A stretch of DNA of 64,000 nt from Octopus sinensis (GCF_006345805.1 NC_042997.1:126356001-126420000); one strand, 5' to 3'; positions 39,185 through 51,250 are shown, numbered from the stretch's first letter. A program made the numbers and translations. The notes: a model not told the origin generated them from the sequence alone.

Positions 39185-42100
39185 TCTTTGCATATGCTTC
39201 ACATGCTGGGCTCACAGTTACTCAGAAGGACCACTTCTACGAATCTCTTCTGAAGACTAATTCAACAACTAAAGACAACGCCATTCTCATCATGGCAAGG
39301 GACTTCAATGAACCTGTTGGAAAACACTCCAATAGATTTTAGGGTGTTCATGGCGGCTATGGTTTTGGCTCCAGAAATGATGAGGGGACAAGGCTGCTAG
39401 AGTTTTGTGATGCTCATGGCTTACTGATTTGCAACACCAACTTCAGAAAACCTGCCTACCATCTGATCACTTATCTATGTGGGGGACATACCAACTAGAT
39501 TGACTACATCCTCGCCAGATACAGGCTCATAAATGCAAACTCTTTCTCAGAGGAAGAATGTACATCTCAGCATCAGCTAGTGGTTAATGATTTCAGGCTT
39601 AGGACCAGAAAGATCCCAAGATGCAAGCCAATATGGCAAAGGAGGCTCTGGAAGCTCGAAGATCCTTCAAATGGGCAGAGATTTAGAGATGTCTTCAATG
39701 AGGCCTATGATGAGAAGGAGGGAGAGATAAATGCATATGAAATAGAGGACAAATGAAGGTTCCTATGGGACAATCTACTAAGGGCAACAGACCTAATTTG
39801 TGGTTGGAGCAAAGCCTCTGCCAGATCAAGGGTAACGTGATGGTGGAACAGTGATGTTGGTAGGGCCATAAAAGAGAAAAGATGGACCTGGAAAGAGTGG
39901 CAAAATTAGGGTTGTAGCAAAGAATCATATTAGTAGGCTAAAAGGGAGGATAGATGCCAAGTTTATCTAGCTAGGGTAGAAACAGAAAAGAAGAGGTTTG
40001 CCAAAGTCCTACAGATCAGAGACTTGAAGTATTCTGAATTGCTTGATAGTGTGTCAGTGAGAATCAAGCTATTGTAGGAGAGAAGTGTGTGTGTGTGGAT
40101 GGATGGTGAATGGACAGGATGCCGAATGCACTTTTGCTGAAGGGCAAGAAGTCAAAGCCAAGAAACCAAATGGACACAATGCTGAACAGACATAAATCGA
40201 AATGGACGCAATACCAAATGGACTTAAAGCTGAATGGACACAATGCTGAATGGACATAAAACTGAAAGGATATAAAGCTGAACAGACACAATAATAATAA
40301 AAAACATTCCTACCTACATAGTTTAATGACCAATTCACCAATTTGGCACTTAAAATTTAATGAGATTAAATTTTCGTATGTCTTTTCAGCATCTTGTCCA
40401 TTCAGCTTTATGTCCATTTGGCATTGTGTCTGTTTAGCTTTTTGGTTTTATCTTCTTGTTTTTCAGTAAAAGTGCATTTGGCATCCTGTCCTTGTACCGG
40501 ATGTATAATGGTTTGCTTGCATTTAGGAATGTGGACAAGAAAGAGGCATGGAAAAGTTACTATGTGGGACTGTTGAATGGAGAGAATGAATGAGGTAAGA
40601 GGAGTTTCCCTCATGTGAACCCAACAGAGGGACTAGCTACTTTAGTGGATAGCAGTATGGTAAATAAAGCAATTAAAAACACGAAAACTGGAAAAACCCC
40701 TGGTCCATCTGGAATCAGAGGTGAGATGCTCAAAATATCTAGTAAGGTAGGATATAGGCTAGTCACCCGCATAGTTAATCAGGTCATTCAGGAAAGTGTA
40801 ATGCCCAGTGACTGGCGTAGCAGCAGCATAATTGATAGCTGTTACAAGGGTAAAGGTGATGCTTTAAACAGAAGCAATTATAGAGGCATCAAACTCTTGG
40901 ACCAGCTGATGAAAATTATCGAGAGAGTTATTGTCCAATTAATTAGGAAGAGAATTAGGCTGGACAAAATGCAGTTTGGCTTTGTCCAGGGAAGAAGCAC
41001 TACTGATGCTATTGTCATGGTCAGGCAGCTAGCTAAGAATAAACCATTACACTTGGCATTCATTGATATTGAAAAAGCCTTTCGTAGAGTACCCTGCTGT
41101 GTGCTATGGTGGGCTCTGAGGAGGCTGGGGATAAATGGTGGAAGCTGTACTGGCCATGTACAAAGATGCTTTCAGTAAGGTGAGAGTTAACCACAAGTAC
41201 AGTGAAGAATTTGGTGTACAGGTTGGGGTTCATCAAGGCTCAGTCCTTAGTCCCCTCCTTTTCATCATTGTCCTGCAGGCCATAACGGAGGAATTCAAGA
41301 CCCTTGGGAACTACTATATGCTGATGATCTTTCCTTCATAGTGGATTCCATATTAGAGCTAGATGAAAAATTTGAGGTGTGAAAGCAAAACCTGGAATGT
41401 AAGGGCCTTAAGACTAACTTAGCAAAAACTAAGGTCCTAATAAACAAGAAAACTGGCAGGATCCTACCCAACAAAGGGAGGTGGCCTTGTTCAGTTTGAT
41501 GGAAATGCATCGGCAGGAATTCCATACGATGTACTCAATGTAAGCTATGGACACACAAGAGGTGCAGTGGAATAATAGGAAGGTTATCAGAGCAGATAGT
41601 TTTTGTCTGTGAAAGATGCACAGGATCCATAAAAAACTTTACAGACTCAGGAAATTGATTCTCTCCAATGCCCTGGTGACTCATTAGAGGTTGTGGATAA
41701 TTTCTGTTATCTAGGAGACTGAATTAATAGTGGGGAAAGATGCATGGAGAGTGGGATACCTAGAATTAGAATAGGATGGAGAAAATTCAGAGAGCTGTTA
41801 CCTCTGTTGGCCATGAATGGTTTCTCTCTCTGAGTGAAAAGAAGATTGTATGATGCATGTATATGGACAGCAATTCTACATGGTAGTGAGACATGGGCCC
41901 TAAAGGCAGATGACATGCAAAGGTTAGAAAGGAATGAGGTTAGTATACTGCGTTGGATGTGTAATGTAAGTGTACATGTTTGATAGAGTGTTAGTGGTTT
42001 GAGATAGGAGATAGGCATAGGAGGAATTAGTTGTTGTGTGCAAGAGAGAAGACTGTGTTGGTTTGGTCATGTGACGCAAATGGATACCAACAGCTCCATA

Positions 42101-42500
42101 AAGAAGTGCTGATCTCTCAAAGTAGATGGAAGACATGGAAGTGGGAAACTCAGGAAGACATGGGACAAAGTATTGAAAAATGACCTCAGGACACTGAACC
42201 TTTCAGGCGAGATGACAAACAACCAAGATACCTGGTGACTTGCTGTACTCAGGAAGACCCATACTCCATAGCAGAAGTGTTAAGACTGGTCCCTCTGGTG
42301 GCGTAAAGCATTCGTGGCAGTGTCATGTAAAAATGCTTGTGTGGTGTCACGTAAAGGCATCCAGTACAATCTGTAAGGTGATTGGTGTTATGAAGGGTAT
42401 CCAGCTACAAAAACCATGCCAAATTAAAGTCTGGTACAGCTCCCCAGCTTGTCAGCTCAGGCCAAATGTTCCAATCTATGCCAGCATAGAAAACGGATGT
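39185..42500 (+). mobile_element. Decayed RTE-clade LINE (APE endonuclease, RT, 3'UTR, (GAT)n tail), 5'-truncated
   Basis: APE: RDFNEPVG...GVHGGYGFGSRNDEGTRLLEFCDA...IDYIL. RT: KGKGDALNRSNYRGIKLL, QFGFVQGRSTTDAI, FIDIEKAF, GVHQGSVLSPLLF, YADD at 41317-41328, then FCYLGD, HGSETW, WFGHV. Many stops and frameshifts. Confidence 0.95.
40105..40498. mobile_element. Foldback element with ~15-16-bp subterminal repeats, inserted in the RTE
   Basis: ggacaggatgccgaatgcactttt... pairs with ...aaaagtgcatttggcatcctgtcc; repeated gctgaatggacataaa / ccaaatggacacaat units; candidate 4-bp TSD GGAT (40101-40104, 40499-40502). Confidence 0.8.
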
Positions 42501-42520
42501 TAAATGATGACAATGATAAC

Positions 42521-42567
<47 letters not shown>

Positions 42568-42654
42568 GGATAATGATGATGGTGATGGTGGTGATGGTGA
42601 TAGTGATGATGATGATGGTGATGATGGTGATGGTGATGGTGATAGTAGTGATGG

Positions 42655-42697
<43 letters not shown>
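42500..42697. repeat. (GAT/GGT)n tail expansion of the RTE
   Basis: Directly follows gaaaacggatgttaaa. Confidence 0.9.
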
Positions 42698-42993
42698 ATG
42701 TATATACTATAAGTTTTTTTCCAAAATATCCAGAATATATATAAAAAATAATTACAAATGGGAACTGTCAAGTGTCATACATATCTTAAGCAAGTATCTT
42801 CTCTCTGAGTCAATGAAAAAGTTTTAACATGGTTACTCAACCTGTAAGAAATAACAGCCATATTTGTGTTAAGTTTTTACCCTATTATCTTGAAAAGGGA
42901 GGGTCACATTGGATAATATAATGTTAGATGTGTGAATCCCGAGAGAAGAACAAGATTTAAGGACATAGCCAGGTGTCCACATGATGATTAGGA

Positions 42994-43416
42994 CTCTTTA
43001 CTCTTTTACTCTTTTACTTGTTTCAGTCATTTGACCATGGCCATGCTGGAGCACCACCTTTAATCGAGCAAATTGACCCCAGGACTTATTCTTTGTAAGC
43101 CTAGTACTTATTCTATTGATTGCTTTTGCTGAACCGCTACGCTATGGGGACATGAACTCACCAGCATCAGTTGTCAAGCGATGTTGGGGTGTGGGGACAA
43201 ACACAGACACACAAACATATACACATACATACACATATATATACATATATACAACGGGCTTCTTTCAGTTTCCGTCTTCCAAATCCGACACAAAGCATTG
43301 GTTGGCCTGAAGCTATAGTAGAAGACACTTGCCCAAGTTGCCACGCAGTGGGACTGAACCCGGAACCATGTGGTTTATAAGCAAGTTACTTACCACACAG
43401 CCACTCCTACTCCTAT
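42994..43416 (-). mobile_element. Family A CORE-type SINE, full length
   Basis: Tail, body and head present. Confidence 0.9.
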
Positions 43417-43479
43417 GGGAGGTGCTAAATTTTTAAAATGCATTCACTGGGTCAATCACAAAATTAAAATAAACATTAA

Positions 43480-43660
43480 ATAGGCATGGCTGTGTGGTTA
43501 AGAAGCCCACTTTGCAATGATATGGTATAGGTTCAGTCTCATTGTCTGGCACCTTGGGCAGGTGTTTTCTACAATTCTTTCTATAGCCCCTGGGCTGACA
43601 AATGCCTTGTGAGTGAATTAAGTGGAAAGAAACTGTGGAAGCCCATTGTATATATACGTA
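43480..43660 (+). mobile_element. Family A SINE, 5' part
   Basis: ataggcatggctgtgtggttaag...ggcaccttgggcaggtg. Confidence 0.75.
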
Positions 43661-43679
43661 AAATCAAAATCAAAAACAA

Positions 43680-44040
43680 ATCAGAATTGAAATCAAAATG
43701 GAAATTGTAGTTGTGGCCGATGCCAGTGCCGTCTGACTGGCACCTGTGCTGGTGGCACATAATAAGCACCATTCAAGCATGGGTTGATGCCAATGCTGCC
43801 TGACTGGCTTCTCCTGCCGGTGGCATGTAAAAAGCACCACTTGAATGTGGTCGATGCTAGTTCCGCCTGACTGGCTCCCTGTGCAGGTGGCATGTAAAAA
43901 GCATCCACTACACTCTCAGAGTGGTTGGCATTAGGAAACCTTGCCGGATCAGATTGGAGCCTGGCACAGCCTACTGGCTTGCCAGTCCTCAGTCAAACCA
44001 TCCAAGTCATGCCAGCATGAAAAACGGGCATTAAACGATG
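43680..44040 (+). mobile_element. RTE 3'UTR copy with about four internal units
   Basis: aaatcaaaatggaaattgtagttgtg start as at 12780; ends catgccagcatgaaaaacgggcattaaacgatg. Confidence 0.85.
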
Positions 44041-44163
44041 TAGCAACTACTATTACTACTACTACTACTGCTACTGCTGCTGCTGCTCCTGCTGGTGCTG
44101 CTGCTGCTGCTGGTGCTACTACTACTACAACTGCTGCTACTGCTGCTGCTGTTGCCACTGGCT

Positions 44164-44204
<41 letters not shown>

Positions 44205-44380
44205 GCTGCTACTGCTGCTGTTGCTGCTGCTGCTACTACTACTACAACTGCTGCTGCTGTTGCCACTGGCTCTACTACTACTACTACTACTACTACTACT
44301 GTTACTGCTGCTGCTGCTGGTGGTACTGCTGGTGCTGCTACTACTACAACTGCTGCTACTGCTGGTTCTGTTGCCACTGG

Positions 44381-44414
<34 letters not shown>

Positions 44415-44418
44415 TCTT

Positions 44419-44450
<32 letters not shown>

Positions 44451-44520
44451 GCTGCTACTACTGCTGCTGGCACTGCTGGTGCTACTACTACTAGTATTGC
44501 TGCTACTGCTGGTGCTGTTG

Positions 44521-44563
<43 letters not shown>

Positions 44564-44595
44564 GCAATAACAACAACAACAACGACGACAACAAC
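44040..44595. repeat. (ACT)/(GCT) trinucleotide array with higher-order periodicity
   Basis: Blocks of actacaactgctgct...gttgccactgg recur about five times. Confidence 0.9.
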
Positions 44596-44799
44596 AGTGT
44601 CCTCCACCGCAGTCTCTCCTGAAACAGTTGCACATTCCAAAATAAATGGAACAGAAAGCTAATGGCTACATAATAGGAACGGCTGGACTGAGCTTTGATC
44701 TAGACTTTATCATGTGTGTGTGGGTGTGTGTGTATGAGTTTGTCAATGTGTGTGTATGTATGAATGTAAATGTGTGCATGCGTGTCGTTAAGTCATTGT

Positions 44800-45180
44800 G
44801 TGTGTATGCTTGTATGAATGTATGTCAGTGTATACTTATAAGTGTTTGTTAATGTGTGTTTGTGTATGTGTGTGTATGCATGTATATGTGTATGTCAATG
44901 TATACGTATATGAGTTTGTTAGTGTGTTTGTGTGGGTTGTCATTGAGTATGTGTGTATGCATTGTATGTGTATGTCAGTGTATACGTATATGAGTTTGTT
45001 TGTGTGTTTGTGTGGGTTGTCATTGTGTATGTGTGTGTATATGCATGTATATGTGTATGTCAATGTATACGTATATAGGAATTTGTTAGTGTGATTGGGT
45101 GTTGTGTCATTATGTATGTGTGTATATATGCATGTATATGTGTATGTCAATGTATACATATATGAGTTTGTTGATGCGTG
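44800..45180. repeat. ~80-bp minisatellite built from GT/AT dinucleotides, 4-5 units
   Basis: Recurrent gtatgtca(a/g)tgtatac(g/a)tatatgagtttgtt. Confidence 0.8.
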
Positions 45181-45279
45181 TTTGTGTGTTAATGTAAGTG
45201 TATATATGTGTCACTGTGTATGTGTGTGTGTGTGTGCGCGCGCGCGTATGTGTGTGTGTATGTGTGTGCGTATGTGTGC

Positions 45280-45319
<40 letters not shown>

Positions 45320-45866
45320 ATGACATTTGACTCAATATCATTCGTTCCTGTTTATTTTACAAAAGAAATCGCTAATATATTTATCAATTAGACAATTCCA
45401 ATGAGGATATTTTTTCATCTTATTTATCTCAGCTGTTTAATCTTTACCAGATGAACGAAAAAGTGTTTACGAAGATTTGAAACCTGAATTTTAAGCCTTA
45501 AACCCAAATACAAATTGTCGAAAGCAGTAGTGTAGCTGAGGCTGCAGGTGGCCCATCCCAGGCAGTGCTTTCATGTGGGTGGCACTCTTGGGTCTCTTGT
45601 ACAGATATTGTACAGATCCACTCTTGTACAAGAGGGGGTGGCGTAGGGTGACAAGCTCAAGGGTTACCATTAGCTAGGTCACTGGCTGGAAAGGTCTAAA
45701 AATGTAAGGAAAAGAGAAAGCAAATATGGTCAGCTGTCACGAGGAACTGTGTCTTGCTAATGTGTGCCATGTTTCTGGTTAATTGTTATGGACAGACTTA
45801 GTCAACTTCTCAGCCTTTAAGGCCCTCACTCTTGACCCTGTGGTACATCTAGGATGTGACAGCTGA

Positions 45867-45897
<31 letters not shown>

Positions 45898-46444
45898 AGA
45901 GAAAGAGAGAGCAAGAAAGAAAAAGAGAGGGCAAGAAAGAGAGAGAGAGAGCAAAAGAAAGAGAGTGAGAGACAGGAAAAGAGAGAGAGAAAGAGTGAGA
46001 GAGATAGAAAGAGAGAGTAAGAGATAGAAAGAGAGAGAGAGTAAGAGACAGGAAAAGAGAGAGAGAAGGAGAGAGAGAAAGAGTGAGAGAGAGTGAGAGT
46101 GAGAGCGATGCATATGTGCTCAAGTGCTAGTTGAGTAGACTGGAGCAGCATGGAATAAAATGTCTTACTCAAGGATACAAAGTGCTGCTTGGCCCAGAAA
46201 TTGGTCTCAAACCACTAGACCAGTCACCTTCACAGAAGGGTCCATATATTAATGTATTTTAGACAGCACAAAATTAAACTAAATAGAGATATATTTGAGA
46301 ACAATACCTTCCCTTTCCTGCTCTTTCTGCCCTACTTACTTCCCCACCTCTTCTTCATCATTTGAGAATGATAGATCTTCCTCTTCCTCCTCTTTTTGCT
46401 CTGCGTCCTTCCCTCCTCTTCTTCAACATTTGAGAATGATACCA

Positions 46445-46645
46445 AGAAATGCTTAGTGGTATTTTGTCTGTCTTTACATTCTGAGTTCAAATTCTGCCGA
46501 AGTCAACTTTGCCTTTTATCCTTTCGGAGTCAATAGATTAAGTACCAGTTACGTACTGGGGTCGATGTAATTGACTTAATCCCTTTGTCTATCCTTGTTT
46601 GTCCCCTCTATGTTTAGCTTCTTGTGGGCAATAAAGAAATAAATA
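46445..46645 (+). mobile_element. Family B SINE
   Basis: ctgagttcaaattctgccgaagtcaactttgccttttatcctttcggagtc...gtgggcaataaagaaata. Confidence 0.85.
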
Positions 46646-46809
46646 TGTGTTTTTTGTGGGGTCTGGGGGCAGCAAAGAGAAGGGCCACCCTGGGCAGCAC
46701 ACATCCTAGCTATGCTAGTGCTCTCCATGTTCACTATTTTGTTATTTTACTTCTATAAATTACTCAGATCAATAGTAGAAGAAAAAGCATCCATCATAAT
46801 ATATTTTCT

Positions 46810-47020
46810 TATTTCTTTATTGCCCACAAGGGACTAAACATAGAGGGGACAAACAAGGACAGACAAAAGGATTTAGTCAATTATATCGACTCCAGTATGT
46901 AACTGGTACTTAATTTATCGACCCTGAAAGGATGAAAGGCAAAGTCGACCTCGGCAGAATTTGAACTCACAACGTAACCGCAGACCAAATACCGCTAAGC
47001 ATTTTGCCCGGCGTGCTAAC
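46810..47020 (-). mobile_element. Family B SINE with 19-bp TSD
   Basis: CCATC(A/G)TAATATATTTTCT at 46791-46809 and 47067-47085. Confidence 0.88.
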
Positions 47021-47338
47021 GTTCATCGTATATTTTCGTATATTTAATAACGTTCATCGTAATCATCCATCGTAATATATTTTCTGCCTGCTTTTCCATG
47101 CTCACATGAGTCAGATGGAATTCATCTTGGCAAATAATCTACAGCTGGATGCTCCTCCTGTTGCTAACTCTCACTTGTTTCCAGGCAAGGTAATACTATG
47201 TCATGACCAGACATGCTTTCATAGAAGAGTGGAAACAAACAACCCCTCTTGTACAACAGTGGTGCTCATTTTACAGTTATTGTATGATGTCAAGACAAAA
47301 ATGCACAAATGTATACACACTTTCACAGACTGACACAT

Positions 47339-47382
<44 letters not shown>

Positions 47383-47771
47383 ACCCACACACACACACAA
47401 TTCAAAAAGTGTGCTGGAAGGTACGACACATGACCAAAAAGTTTGGATGCAGCAGGAAAAAAGTCTTACACTCCACTCATATGCTAGGCATGGTTTGACA
47501 ATAAACTTCTTAACTCCTTCTTCGTAGACTGGTGTGCAGATTGTGCATGAACACAGAAAATATAAATCAGCATTAATGGTTTATATAATGCTTCAATGTA
47601 CATATATTTAAGTTTTTTTTTTTTAACCAATAATGCTGATGGAGTGAGCCAGCTGCTGTTTGTCATGGAACAGGTCCCTTGGGGTTGTGCAATTTTAAGG
47701 TGGCTGGCTTGCTGAAACTTATATACATTATTTAAAGCATAAATACCAATTATGTTGTCTGTGTCCCCTTA

Positions 47772-47859
<88 letters not shown>

Positions 47860-47965
47860 AATCTTATCTATTTATCTCCCTATCCATGTAAGTATGTATG
47901 TATATATGCATGCATGTATCTATGTATGCATTCATTCATGCATGTATGTATGCATATATATATGT

Positions 47966-48017
<52 letters not shown>

Positions 48018-48104
48018 ATATATAAATGTATATATGTATATATATATGTATATATGCATATATATGTACATACATTATATATGTACAACAGAAACAGAAA
48101 GAAA

Positions 48105-48291
48105 GAGTGAGAGAAAGTTGTGAAAAAGTACAGCAGGGTCCGCCACCAACCCCTGCTGGAACCTTGTAGAGCTTTAGGTGTTTTTGTTCAACATGTTCAA
48201 CAATCACTCACAACACTCAGTCTGGGAATTGAAACTGTGATCCCACAACCACAAGTCTGCTGCCCTAACCACTGGGGCATTGCACCTCCAC
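48105..48291 (-). mobile_element. Family D SINE, 5' part
   Basis: Reverse gtggaggtgcaatgccccagtggttagggcagcagac, homologous to 58795. Confidence 0.8.
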
Positions 48292-48309
48292 TATATATAT
48301 ATATATATA

Positions 48310-48500
48310 AGGTTAATCCAAATGGGAAAACAGAAAAAACAACAACACGTGGAACAATTACAGTATTATTATTATTAGGCGCTCAGGAAAATGGAAGAAG
48401 GAGGGTATGACGTTTCGAGCGGAGCTCTTCGTCGGAAACATAGGAGAAAGAAAGATCCCGAGACGGGAGGACAGAGGAAAAAAAATTGCAGGTAGTCTTC
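48310..48500. repeat. Penelope-terminal-like repeat with hammerhead-like core on the minus strand
   Basis: Minus 48435-48409: CCGACGA-a-GAGC tcc GCTC-GAAAC-GTC. Confidence 0.4.
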
Positions 48501-48692
48501 ACGAGGTCACATACTAATATATATATATATATATATATAATACAAATAAGAAAATGGAGGAACAGATTCATTTCAATCATCAATTTACAGATATTAACCA
48601 TTCATAATGTTTATTAACTACATAAATAGGAACATAGTGGGTTACACTCATAACCCCTATCTCACTTTGTACTTTTATATATATATATATAT

Positions 48693-49075
48693 CATCATCA
48701 TCATCATCATCATTGAACATCTACTTTCCATGCTGGCATGGGTTCAACAGTTTGACTAAGGACTGGCAAGCCAGAAGGCTGTACAAGGCTCCAGTCTGAT
48801 CTGGCAAGGTTTCTACAGCTTGATATCCTTCTTAATGCCAACCACTCCGAGAGTGCAGTGGGTACTTTTTACATACCACTGGCATGAGAGCCAGTCAAGT
48901 GGCACTGGCAATGACCATGCTTGAATGGTGATTTGTATGTGCCACCAGTACCGGAACCAGTCAGGAAGCACTGGCAATGACCATGCTCGAATGGTGCTTT
49001 TTATGTGCCACTAGCACAGGAGCCATTCATGCAGCACTGGCAACAACCACACTCAAATGGTGCTTTTTCCTTGTA
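48693..49075 (-). mobile_element. RTE 3'UTR copy
   Basis: (cat)n tgaacatctactttccatgctggcatggg... plus three internal units. Confidence 0.85.
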
Positions 49076-49544
49076 TGTATATATATATTTGTCGTGTCTG
49101 GGGAGAGTCATATTGTTTTAATGACTTATTATCTAATTTGTTCACCAGTCTGATTTCCGCTCATTATTTATATTTTTTCTTCCAAAATTTCCGTTGCTTG
49201 TGCAACCTTGTCAATGGATGTTGACTCAGTCTGTTATTGGAGCTGCGTTTTTTGTCTGTTTGTGCACATGCATGTGTGTAAATGTGCATGTATGCTTGTG
49301 CATGCACATATGTATGTATGTATGCACTTACGTGTGCGTTTGTATGTATGTATATATATATGTATGTATGTTTGTATGCATGTATGTATGTGTCTCCATA
49401 TGTGTCTGTATTTGTGTATGTGTGTGGCATGTGCATGTATATGGTCATATGTTTCTGTCTCCTTTAGTGTGTGCATGTGTCTGTGTGTGTGTGTGTATGT
49501 ATATGTGTGCATATATATATATATACATGCACATACATAAAGGG

Positions 49545-49870
49545 TAAAGGCTCCCCTTCAGTCACAAATGACCATAAGATTGCATCAAGAATATTCTCCT
49601 CCAAGGCACCAGTCTAGGCAAGTTTATTTTTGCGGAAGATCAGCAGTCCCCCAAGTATATCAATCTCCCCTCTCTGCACAATCAATGTTGTCCAAGGGAA
49701 AGGCAAAGGCTGACACAACTTGGCACCAGTGACATTGCAACTCACATCTACAGCTAAGTGAAGTGGAGCAATGTGAAATAAAGTGTTTTGCTCAAGAACA
49801 CAACAGGCAGCTTGGTCCAGGAGGCAAAATCACAACCTCATGATTACAAGCCCGATGCTCCAACCACTAT
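49545..49870 (-). mobile_element. tRNA-derived SINE family E
   Basis: Reverse agtggttggagcatcgggcttgtaatcatgagg...gtgttcttgagcaaaacactttatttcacattgctccac. Confidence 0.65.
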
Positions 49871-50329
49871 GTCTTTCAGTTTTTCCTGTATTAAATCCGT
49901 TCTTTGGTCAGCCTGGGGCTATAGTAGAAGACATTTGTCCAAAGTGCTATTCAGTAGCACAGAACCTGGAACCATGTGGTTGGGAAGCAAACTTCTTCAC
50001 CATACAGTCATGCTGGGATTTCATCATAAGGTTTCTTTGTCTCTTGTTGATTTTGAATCAATTATGATCAAATGTGTTCCATTAAAACTACATTTATTTA
50101 ATGAATAATTAGTTGAGACAACACTCAAACTTTATTCAATCAAAACCATTTAAACATCCATGAACAAAACTACAGACAAAATTTCCACTTAATATTGATA
50201 TTGTATGCATGTATGTATATATGTATGCTTATATGAATGTATGAATGTGTGTCTATATGTATGTGTGTGTGTATGTATCTGTGTGTGTGTGTGTGTGTAT
50301 ATATGTATGTATGTATATATACATATATT

Positions 50330-50638
50330 GGCACTTGTGCCGGTGGCACGTGAACAAAACATTCGAGCGAGGTCGTTGCCAGTGCCGGTGGACTGGCTCC
50401 TGTGTAGGTGGCATGTAAAAAACACCATTTGACCGTGGCTGTTGCCAGTACTACCAGACTGACCCTCGTGCCAGTGACACGTAAAAGAACCCACTGCATT
50501 CACGGAGTGGTTGGCGTTAGGAGGGGCATCCAGCTGTAGAAACTCTGCCAGAACAGACTGGAGCCTGGTGCAGCCATCTGGTTCACCAGACCTCAGTCAA
50601 ATCATCCAACCCATGCTAGCATGGAAAGCAGACGTTAA

Positions 50639-50672
<34 letters not shown>
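50330..50672 (+). mobile_element. RTE 3'UTR copy
   Basis: Ends ccaacccatgctagcatggaaagcagacgttaaat(gat)n. Confidence 0.88.
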
Positions 50673-50673
<1 letters not shown>

Positions 50674-50747
50674 ATATAAATTATTATTTCTAAGTCTCTG
50701 AATGAGAGACATTCAGTAACAGTACTCTAGAGTAAAGATTATTTGCC

Positions 50748-50887
50748 AACATAATGTGGCAATTCTGCTTAGGACGAATGTTACTGTTATTTAGTCCCAG
50801 GAAGATGATATTTAGCCCCTAGAGATGATGTTTCCTTGAGCTAAATAACAGTAACATTCATCCTAACCAGGACTGCTACATTATGTT
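50748..50887. mobile_element. Small foldback/MITE, 47-bp arms
   Basis: 50748-50794 pairs with 50841-50887, 5 mismatches by eye. Confidence 0.82.
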
Positions 50888-50889
50888 CA

Positions 50890-50993
50890 ACTTCGGTGAA
50901 ATTTGAATGTAGTGGCAGATGAAATATTGCTTAGAATTTTGCCTGGCGTGCTAACGATTCTGCCAGCTCACCACCTTAATAATAATAATAATC

Positions 50994-51034
<41 letters not shown>

Positions 51035-51250
51035 CCTTTCTACTGGAGGCACAAGGCCTTGAAATTTTGGGGGAGGGGATTAGTTGATTACATTGACCTC
51101 AGTGTTTCACTGGCTCTTAATTTATCGACCCCGAAAGGATGAAAGACAAAGTTGACCTCAGCAGAATTTGAACTCAGAACGTAGCAGCAAACGAAATACC
51201 GCTAAGCATTTCGCCCGGCGTACTAACAATTCTGCCAGCTCACTGTCTTA
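50890..51250 (-). mobile_element. Family B SINE head fragment plus full family B SINE, separated by (AAT)n
   Basis: ctgccagctcaccacctt (about 50960) and gacccgaaaggatgaaagacaaagttgacc...ctgccagctcactgtctt. Confidence 0.8.

Noticed and set aside
43941-44570. 209-aa Thr/Ala-rich mucin-like ORF
   Set aside because: Begins inside an RTE 3'UTR and consists of an (ACT)/(GCT) array; open frames on both strands are expected for such repeats.
45525-46720. Possible hAT-like element with cagtagtgtagct / tagctatgctagtg ends
   Set aside because: The TIR match is short and degenerate, and the 8-bp flanks (gtcgaaag versus ctctccat) show no TSD.
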